A DNA stretch of 64,000 bases from a bacterium (lineage in GTDB: Bacteria; Patescibacteriota; Minisyncoccia; Phycocordibacterales; UBA9973). The notes under the pieces are model-generated. The model saw only the letters and a program-made list of their open reading frames with translations, made no database searches and was not told the DNA's origin. The stretch is from positions 3,206 to 67,205 of the forward strand of contig JBAWZD010000002.1 of the NCBI GenBank assembly GCA_037143195.1, in the 5' to 3' direction. This document shows positions 35,276-42,797 of the stretch, piece by piece. Made by a program: the position numbers and the translations under genes. How positions within the stretch are numbered: the first letter of the stretch is position 1; each line of letters opens with the position of its first letter.

Positions 35276-38200
35276 CTAGTATATCCCAATTATGTGCTCA
35301 AGACCTACTAATGCGTTGTTGATTGGCTGGATATTGATAGTTGAGACGTCGTGATTACGGATCAATTTGTTGTAATCCAATTTTACAGAGCCGACCGATT
35401 CGCTTGGTCCACTGAATCCTGGGGCATCAACCATCGGGCCTCCCCAGAAATTTGCGAAGAAGAAGGCTTGGTTTTTCTGGTCAGCTGGGTAATCTTGTTC
35501 ACCATCGTTCGGAAACGGATTCTTTCCAAAGAGTTTGATTCCATTGCCTTGTGCATAGTGCCAATCAGGCAAAAACGACTGTTGTGGTGGGAGTACTTTT
35601 AGTAATGCTTGAGGCAGATTTTCTATTGTCCCATCATTCGATGTGTAGAAAGAGAACGCGACACGATTTGTTGGTCCTCCGTCAGTGATGAAGCGAGGAA
35701 CAGTTCCATCCGGAGCGACGGCTGTTCGCTTGATGCAGTCTGCGAGCATTCCAGTTGCTGACTTCCTCATTCCGTCAATCGTTCCATCAGGGTCCTTTAT
35801 CGAACCGATTGCAAAATTCTTGTTGCTTATTTGGTCAAAGACGGCCTCTTCTTGTTTAAGATCATCCGGTCCATGAATATATGGTGCGATTTGTTGGAAC
35901 GAATTGCTAATTCTAAGGATTTCCGCTTCGTAGTCACTGAGACCTGATTGGCTAGATAGGCCTTTAAGGACTTGAAGGTCAGCATTGTAATCTCGAACTC
36001 CGTTCGTTTGAGTTGTAGTTGAATTGCTTTGGGTGGCGACTCCATTCACCGAAAGAATCGCGTTATTGAGCGACGTATTTATTTTTTCACTCACTGCATA
36101 GTTTGGAATAGTTGGAAGAGTGTTCCCTGCTGGGTCAAGAACCTGAACAGTACGAGTCACTTGGCTGGCTGAAATTCCGGCACTGTTTTTTACGTCATAA
36201 GTAACCGTGTATATACCCGGTGTCGTTGTGTCGACGTTTTGAATTGTGACGATACTATTTGTAATATTGCCATCTTTGTATGGGTCGTTTGCTGTTGCGC
36301 CAGGATCTACAAACTTCGTCCCCACAGCGATAGACATCGTTTGATTACCGAGGAGATTGATGGTTGGTATGAGATCAAGTTTACCGTTGACACCAGGGAA
36401 ACCTTTTTCGTTTGGAAGGTCTCGAACTCGGAGAAGGAGGTGGTAGAGTTGGGCGACTGTTGTAGCGCTCGTATCTTTGAGGACTTGGTTTTGAGACATT
36501 GAGTCTCTGTCACTTTGAATATTTGCGAACTCAGCAGTGTCGGCGGCTACTAGGTCTGGGATATCATTGTTAAAACCTTGATAACCACCATTCTCGATTT
36601 TTGCACGAGTATAACTTGATGTTGATAGGTCAGGAATGTCGGAAATTGTTTTTGGCGTCGCTCCAACGTCGTAGGTTGTTGGGGTATAAGGAACCGTTGG
36701 CTTGCTACCATCTTTTGGAAATTCGTGATCAGAAATGTCTTGCGAAATTACTGTGTCGCGGTATGTCGGAGCGTAAGTCATCAACATGGCTTTTTTGTAG
36801 CGCGAAGCAAGGGTTGTAACGATGCGCGATGAATGGTCGTGACCATTTAGGTCGGCACGGCCATCACCGTTTTGTTCAAATTCAACACCCATGATTGCAT
36901 TCATGAATGGGCCATAGATACTTTCCGCTTCGCGGTTTGTATCTGTTCCAATTGCATGGAGGATTGCTCCTACGACAAGGCCAACTACTGCTCCGATTGC
37001 TGTTCCAATCACTGGAGCTGTAGCGGTCCCCACTCCAGCTCCGAGTGCCACTGACGTAGCGACTACTCCCACAGTTAGCCCAATCACAGAACCAGCACTT
37101 TGCCCGTACGTTGTGAGGACCTTTTTGAGGTCGCTTTGGCTTGCGCTTGCAAGGAAGAGTGCGGGGTTTGCTACGAAATTTTGAGCATTTGTTTCAATTT
37201 CATTTTGCCAGCCTGGGTGTGGTCCTGGAATACAGTAATCAAGACTGTATATATTGGTAATAAGGCTGTGTTGAGCAGCGATTTCTTTTGCAAGAATTTG
37301 CTGGTATCCCTCTGGCAATGAGAGGTCGCCAACGCAAGGGTCTCCCGCGTTGTTGTATTCTTGGTCTGGTGTCGTACATCCAGGCACTGAAGATGAAGTG
37401 TCGGTTTGATTGTATTCGTAGCGAATAACTGAGGGGATATCTGTAAATACATTGAAGTTCGTGCCTGCATTCGCCCATGTTCCATTCGCTGTTACGCCAT
37501 TGTTTACGGTGACTGATGTTGTGATCGGGACACCAGGATTATTCTTTGTGAAATTACTATTTGATTGCGCGTTTGTTGAGTTTGAAAGTGATGAAAGTCC
37601 TTTGTTGATAAGTTGATTGGCGAGTGCGTTAAAAATCGCCGTTATATCAGTGCTCAAATCTTGGCCATTGATAAGCTGGTTTGAAGGGATGTTGATGGTT
37701 TGAGTTAGAGCATTTGCTACAACACTACCTGGTGTCTGAACTTTCCACTGATTACAAACCTTGCTAGCATTTACCGCTGCGTAAGCGTTATCGGCTGCGA
37801 GCAGGGCTGCGCTTGCAGCAGCACTCTGGTTGTCAGCAATATCAAGTGCTGCCTGAGCGCTTTTGATTGCCGCAGCATCTCCCGACTTTTGTGCGGCTGC
37901 GAGTGCGTCTGCTGCGAGTGCGTCTGCTTTGTTTGCTGCATCTGCTGCATCTGCTGCCGCTGCATCTGCCGCTTTGCTACTATCTGTGTCAGCGTCTGGG
38001 TTATATTTTGGATCGACACATGTTTTTATATCAAGAAAGCCCCCTGAGCGTTGCAAGGTATCTTTGATATCTTGCATTGGTGAGTAGGCTGTTTGAGCTA
38101 GACGCTTGGTTATCTCTTGAGTTGCACTCATACGGAATCCGAGCGGGTCGTTTCCGATATCAAACTGAGAGTTGAATGCAGACCATCCCCCATTCGTGAA

Positions 38201-38977
38201 ATTTACTGCAAAATCTTTGTCTGTTAGACCTGGGTATCTTTGAGCAATAACGGCGTTTAAGCTGTACTTTGAGCTTTTTTCAAACCCAGTTTGAAGTTCT
38301 TTTGCGAGGTGTAATACGAAATCTCGTCCAAACGGGTAATTTTTGTTATCAAAGGCAAATGTTGCATTGAAGTCTCTCAAAGCTTTGTCGCCAAGATTTT
38401 TAAGAATTGCCCCAGTGTTTGTACTATAGAGAGGACTTCCATTGAATCCATGGTTAATCCAGTTTACTGTTGCGAGTGTCAGTTGACGAAGAATAACCCC
38501 TGCCGCAGCCTTTTCCATTGCGTTTGTACAGGTTGTTTTCGTTACCTGCGCCTCAGTGTTTGTGGCAATATTTTGAAGCGCCTGGTTTGTTTTATCTGTA
38601 GAACTAAGATGAACGAGTTGGTCAGCCGGTGCTCCACTACCACCTGCTTCTTTCGCTGCAGCCGCTGCCGCAGTAGCGGCTGCTTGTTTTGCTGTATCTT
38701 CTGCTGCTGGTACAAGCAAATTTCGGATTCCGTTTTGAATTTTTGTTTTGTTACAGGCAATGGCTGCGGCTGCAACTGCCCCGACTGAGTCTTGAACGAT
38801 ACTTCCGAGCGATATTCCCGCTTGGCCTGTCGTTAATGTGCTACTCGAGGTCGAAACATTTCCACCTGCCGTGACCGTCGGAGCTGCAAAAACACTCGCA
38901 GGGATTGCCGCGCATGTTATTGCGAATATGAGTAAAATAGTTACAAACTTTCGAACGTCGAGCGCCGTAGATGTCAT
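35276..38977 (-). CDS. giant (1234 aa) surface protein: signal peptide, Ala-rich repeat region, glycine-zipper TM hairpin, Ig-like (DUF5011-type) domain
   Basis: The signal peptide is MTSTALDVRKFVTILLIFAITCAAIPASVFA. The Ala-rich repeat is AAAADAADAANKADALAADALAAAQKSGDAAAIKSAQAALDIA. The TM hairpin is LTVGVVATSVALGAGVGTATAPVIGTAIGAVVGLVVGAILHAIG. The Ig-like region is TPGIYTVTYDVKNSAGISASQVTRTVQV. Confidence 0.6.
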   Translation of the reverse strand: MTSTALDVRKFVTILLIFAITCAAIPASVFAAPTVTAGGNVSTSSSTLTTGQAGISLGSIVQDSVGAVAAAAIACNKTKIQNGIRNLLVPAAEDTAKQAAATAAAAAAKEAGGSGAPADQLVHLSSTDKTNQALQNIATNTEAQVTKTTCTNAMEKAAAGVILRQLTLATVNWINHGFNGSPLYSTNTGAILKNLGDKALRDFNATFAFDNKNYPFGRDFVLHLAKELQTGFEKSSKYSLNAVIAQRYPGLTDKDFAVNFTNGGWSAFNSQFDIGNDPLGFRMSATQEITKRLAQTAYSPMQDIKDTLQRSGGFLDIKTCVDPKYNPDADTDSSKAADAAAADAADAANKADALAADALAAAQKSGDAAAIKSAQAALDIADNQSAAASAALLAADNAYAAVNASKVCNQWKVQTPGSVVANALTQTINIPSNQLINGQDLSTDITAIFNALANQLINKGLSSLSNSTNAQSNSNFTKNNPGVPITTSVTVNNGVTANGTWANAGTNFNVFTDIPSVIRYEYNQTDTSSSVPGCTTPDQEYNNAGDPCVGDLSLPEGYQQILAKEIAAQHSLITNIYSLDYCIPGPHPGWQNEIETNAQNFVANPALFLASASQSDLKKVLTTYGQSAGSVIGLTVGVVATSVALGAGVGTATAPVIGTAIGAVVGLVVGAILHAIGTDTNREAESIYGPFMNAIMGVEFEQNGDGRADLNGHDHSSRIVTTLASRYKKAMLMTYAPTYRDTVISQDISDHEFPKDGSKPTVPYTPTTYDVGATPKTISDIPDLSTSSYTRAKIENGGYQGFNNDIPDLVAADTAEFANIQSDRDSMSQNQVLKDTSATTVAQLYHLLLRVRDLPNEKGFPGVNGKLDLIPTINLLGNQTMSIAVGTKFVDPGATANDPYKDGNITNSIVTIQNVDTTTPGIYTVTYDVKNSAGISASQVTRTVQVLDPAGNTLPTIPNYAVSEKINTSLNNAILSVNGVATQSNSTTTQTNGVRDYNADLQVLKGLSSQSGLSDYEAEILRISNSFQQIAPYIHGPDDLKQEEAVFDQISNKNFAIGSIKDPDGTIDGMRKSATGMLADCIKRTAVAPDGTVPRFITDGGPTNRVAFSFYTSNDGTIENLPQALLKVLPPQQSFLPDWHYAQGNGIKLFGKNPFPNDGEQDYPADQKNQAFFFANFWGGPMVDAPGFSGPSESVGSVKLDYNKLIRNHDVSTINIQPINNALVGLEHIIGIY

Positions 38978-39046
38978 CAAAGACTAGTATACTCCGGAGC
39001 CCTTGTTTATAAAAGCTTTCTGTGGAAACGTGGCGATGTTTTTTGC

Positions 39047-39952
39047 TTAGTTTGCGAAATAACTCGAAATTGTTGCCGTTGCTCTGTCAGCTTCGTCGCT
39101 TGCTTTTACGTAATCGTCGAGCGAGACCATTCCGTGGATCGTGTCAGTGTAGAGGTTTTCAATGTGGATAAGCGTTTGTCCCATTTCAGCGGTTGAGTTT
39201 GCAAGGGCGAGAGCACTTTGAGAAATCTCAATTGGTGTTTTGAGGGCAACCATTTTTTTAGCAAGGCTAATATATGCTTCAGCAATCGGCTGAAGCAATT
39301 TGAGTGAGCCTGAATTGTTTTGGTTGAGCGAGTCTGAAATGATATTGAGTTCTGAGCCTAAATCAACGTTGTTGTATTCCGAGATTAGATTTTTTAGGGC
39401 GTTTTGATATGCGGTTTTTTCTTTCTGGGTACCCGTGCTTACAACCGTAAGATCGCTCATCGAATACGTGACCGGATTTGCATGCTTATTGTCGACATCG
39501 TTTCCGATTGTCTGGGCGACTTTCGTGAGCGCGTCCGGAGTTAGGTTTCCTGATTGGCGAAGCGCGAGCACTGTGGACATAAATTCACGAGTAAATATAT
39601 CTGTCGGAGTTGGCAAATTGCTGTCGTCTGTCTTTATAGCATTTTGGGCCTTTTTTGATTCAATAATTTTCTTATTGGCCGCTCCGTCTCCTTTTGGGTC
39701 AAGTCCCCAGAGAGATTCCTCCCAGTCGGGGATCCCGTTATTGTTTGAATCTTGCGAAATCGCTTGATTGAGTGTTCCTGAATAACTCACAAGATTGAAT
39801 TCACCCGGATTTTTGTTAAAAGATGATTTTGAACCAAAATAACTTGTTGCTATAAAAATTGCCAGAATAACAACGATACAAGTCCCAATGATGATTGAAA
39901 ATTTTTTGCTGGGAAGATATTTGCCCCATTCGAGAACCTTTTCGAGTTGCAT
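39047..39952 (-). CDS. N-terminally membrane-anchored extracellular protein (hypothetical; first gene of cluster)
   Basis: The TM helix is FSIIIGTCIVVILAIFIATSYF. A Ca-binding-like DWEESLWGLDPKGDG segment follows. No family assignment. Confidence 0.45.
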   Translation of the reverse strand: MQLEKVLEWGKYLPSKKFSIIIGTCIVVILAIFIATSYFGSKSSFNKNPGEFNLVSYSGTLNQAISQDSNNNGIPDWEESLWGLDPKGDGAANKKIIESKKAQNAIKTDDSNLPTPTDIFTREFMSTVLALRQSGNLTPDALTKVAQTIGNDVDNKHANPVTYSMSDLTVVSTGTQKEKTAYQNALKNLISEYNNVDLGSELNIISDSLNQNNSGSLKLLQPIAEAYISLAKKMVALKTPIEISQSALALANSTAEMGQTLIHIENLYTDTIHGMVSLDDYVKASDEADRATATISSYFAN

Positions 39953-39970
39953 ATTAAAGAGTATAGCACT

Positions 39971-40789
39971 TCATCTTTCAGTCAGGAAAGTTTTGGCGAG
40001 CACAACCCACGTTGAGAGCTGGAGGTCCTCTGCGCGCGTGTTTGGTGAAAGGTCGAGTGCAAGGAACGATTTTTGAATCTGAGCTTTTTCGGCAACTGCT
40101 TCGAGGTTACGAGCGAGGAGTTTTCGTTTGTGAGCAAAGCCTGCGCGAACAACTTTGAAAAAAAGATGAATGGCTTCCGTTTCAGGTACGTCCCAATGTG
40201 TAAATGCATGTTGGGATATGTCGTACACTGCGAGCACTGCAGAATCTACTTTTGGGGCAGGACGAAATGCGCTTGCGGGAACTTTTGCGGTGAGTTTTGG
40301 TGTACCGAATGCTTTTACCGAAATTGAAAGAATACTTTCTTTGTTGTCACGAGCGACGATGCGCGTCGCGACTTCTTTTTGGATGAGCACCACCATGCAT
40401 GAGGGTGAGCACTTCTCTGACAGGAATTTTTCAAAGATTGCACCAGTAATATAGTATGGGATATTGGCGACGAGTTTGTACTCCCCTTTTTTGAGTCCGT
40501 GTTTCTCTGGGTCGAAATCCAGAATATCTGCTTCGATGAGTGTGAGTTGTTTGGATTTGATTTGCTCCGCAAATCGCTCTTCGAGAATTGGGATGAGATC
40601 GCGGTCTTTCTCGACGGCGACGACGTGTGCGTTTGTGGCGAGGAGGGCGTCCGTGAGGACGCCCTCCCCTGGGCCAATCTCAAGCACGGTATCACCCGCG
40701 ACGACATTCCCTGCACTCACAATCGCATAAATCGCCGACTTGCTTCGGAGAAAATGTTGTCCAAGAGATTTTTTTGCGCGATGTACCAT
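39971..40789 (-). CDS. rsmA: 16S rRNA (adenine1518/1519-N6)-dimethyltransferase RsmA/KsgA
   Basis: KKSLGQHFLRSKSAIYAIVSAGNVVAGDTVLEIGPGEGVLTDALL is the SAM-binding motif I. The NIPY motif is ANIPYYI. Confidence 0.9.
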   Translation of the reverse strand: MVHRAKKSLGQHFLRSKSAIYAIVSAGNVVAGDTVLEIGPGEGVLTDALLATNAHVVAVEKDRDLIPILEERFAEQIKSKQLTLIEADILDFDPEKHGLKKGEYKLVANIPYYITGAIFEKFLSEKCSPSCMVVLIQKEVATRIVARDNKESILSISVKAFGTPKLTAKVPASAFRPAPKVDSAVLAVYDISQHAFTHWDVPETEAIHLFFKVVRAGFAHKRKLLARNLEAVAEKAQIQKSFLALDLSPNTRAEDLQLSTWVVLAKTFLTER

Positions 40790-40821
40790 ACGGCTACTCT
40801 AGCATACTGCGCGCCCCTTCT

Positions 40822-42756
40822 CTACTCAAAGAATATGGAAGGCAACGACTGCGGAATATCAGAATGGAGTTGAACGAGCTCGTGTGGAATATCAAACAAG
40901 AATTGCGACGGCGTCGAGATGTTGCGTGACCCAAAAATCATGCGACTTTGCGCGTGTGTGAGATAGACGCGCTCTTTTGCTCGAGTGAGCGCGACATAAA
41001 AGAGTCGGCGCTCTTCTTCGGCATCTTCGATTTTTGCTGAGCGCGAAGCGCGTTCATGAGGGAAGAGTCCTTCCTCAAGACCAACGATAAAAACAACACG
41101 AAATTCAAGACCTTTGGAAGCATGCACCGTCAGCAAACGCACTCCTTCTGGTGAGTCACGAAGCGCATCTGAATCACTACGGAGCGCGGCGTCTTCGAGG
41201 AACTTCATCACACCGTCACCAAGTGGAAGTGTGTCGTATATCGAGGCAAGCGTTGCAAGTTCACCAACGTTTTCAATTCGTTCGATCCCCTGCTCTCCTT
41301 CACTTTCATATTCTTCGCGGAGGCCCGAGAGATCGAGTACTTTGCGCACGAGAGCAGATGGATATTCTGTGTCACTCGCCACTTTGATGAGGTCCAAAAT
41401 ATGCTCGTAATTTGCGAGCGATGCTTTTGCTCGTGGCGAAAGCGAGTCACGCATTCCAGCAAATAATTTTGCAACGGAACTATCGCCAATGCCACGAGTC
41501 GGCTTATTGATTGTGCGCTTCATGTCGGCAAGGCTGTCGCGATTCATAGCTGCGCGGATGTAAGAAATGATATCTTTCACTTCAGCACGTTCAAAGAATT
41601 GTGTACCGATGACGCGGTATGGAACATCTGAAAAAAGAAACGCCTCTTCAAGCACGCGTGATTGGAAGTTTGCACGAAAGAGTACGGCGATTTCCTCTGG
41701 TGGAATCCCCTCTGCTATAAGTTGCTGACATTCGCGTGCAATAAATGCAGCTTCATCTGTTTCACTAAATCCCTCGTAGCGTACGAGCTTCTCCCCCGTG
41801 CCGAGTTCGGTAAACAAATTTTTTGGGAGACGTACCGTATTTTTGATTATGACAGCATTCGCGGCCTCGAGAATACGGGAAGTAGATCGATAATTTTGTT
41901 CAAGGAATACCGTATGTGCACCAGGAAAATCTTTTTCGAAGTGAAGCATGTTTTTAATTTTTGCTCCACGCCACGAATAAATATTTTGGTCAGTATCTCC
42001 GACCACACAAATATTTTTCTTTTCACCGGCGAGCAGTTTCACCATACGATATTCCATTTCGTTTGTATCTTGGTATTCATCCACATGTATGTACTGCCAT
42101 TTGTGTTGATACTCCGCACGGATAGTCGGTTCTTTTTCGAGTAGACGAACAGCCTTCACAATGAGATCATCGAAGTCGACGGCTTTTGATTTCTTAAGTT
42201 TCTCTTCGTAGCTTCGCCAGATACGCACCGCATCACTCTCCGCTTGGCTTGCGATTTTGTCCGCCATGGATTCCGGGGTATCTCCGGCCATTTTCGATGT
42301 CGAGATGATGTGCTTCACTCGCTTTGGGTCGAGGAGTTTTGGATCAATACCAAATTCACGCATGCTTTCTTTGATCAAACCCTTGGCGTCATCTTCGTCA
42401 AAAATACTGAAATACTTTGTTAGGCCAAAATAGCCCGCGTGGTCACGAATGATGGAACCTCCGAGACGGTGAAAAGTCGTGACTGTCGGTGCTCCGTCGA
42501 TACGATGCTTTAGTATCGCCTTTTCAACACGCTCGCGCATTTCACCCGAAGCCTTGTTTGTGAACGTCACCGCAAGAATACGCTCAGGGGCGATTCCTCC
42601 GAGAATAATGTGCACGATGCGTTCAGTGAGGGTTTTGGTCTTGCCTGCTCCCGCCCCCGCAACAATCAAGAGAGGTCCTTCTGTATGAAGAACGGCTTCC
42701 CGTTGGGCAGGGTTCAAGTGGGAAAGATCGTTTGAGTCGTTTTTTTTCGTATCCAT
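40822..42756 (-). CDS. pcrA: ATP-dependent DNA helicase PcrA/UvrD family
   Basis: Motif I is LLIVAGAGAGKTKTLTERI. VDEYQDTN and the C-terminal helicase motifs (TVHASKGLEFRVVFIVGLEEG) are present. The ATG is at 42756. Confidence 0.9.
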   Translation of the reverse strand: MDTKKNDSNDLSHLNPAQREAVLHTEGPLLIVAGAGAGKTKTLTERIVHIILGGIAPERILAVTFTNKASGEMRERVEKAILKHRIDGAPTVTTFHRLGGSIIRDHAGYFGLTKYFSIFDEDDAKGLIKESMREFGIDPKLLDPKRVKHIISTSKMAGDTPESMADKIASQAESDAVRIWRSYEEKLKKSKAVDFDDLIVKAVRLLEKEPTIRAEYQHKWQYIHVDEYQDTNEMEYRMVKLLAGEKKNICVVGDTDQNIYSWRGAKIKNMLHFEKDFPGAHTVFLEQNYRSTSRILEAANAVIIKNTVRLPKNLFTELGTGEKLVRYEGFSETDEAAFIARECQQLIAEGIPPEEIAVLFRANFQSRVLEEAFLFSDVPYRVIGTQFFERAEVKDIISYIRAAMNRDSLADMKRTINKPTRGIGDSSVAKLFAGMRDSLSPRAKASLANYEHILDLIKVASDTEYPSALVRKVLDLSGLREEYESEGEQGIERIENVGELATLASIYDTLPLGDGVMKFLEDAALRSDSDALRDSPEGVRLLTVHASKGLEFRVVFIVGLEEGLFPHERASRSAKIEDAEEERRLFYVALTRAKERVYLTHAQSRMIFGSRNISTPSQFLFDIPHELVQLHSDIPQSLPSIFFE

Positions 42757-42797
42757 GAGTGGACACACTATACCTTTTTTCTCACCACTTTGTCTCC

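Noticed and set aside
37771-38087. CRISPR-like or short-repeat array suspicion from repetitive small ORFs (37771..38019, 37863..38087, 32393..32629)
   Set aside because: The repeats are short coding tandem repeats (Ala-rich and His/Gly-rich) inside large proteins. There are no spacer-repeat periodicity of about 30 nt and no cas genes.
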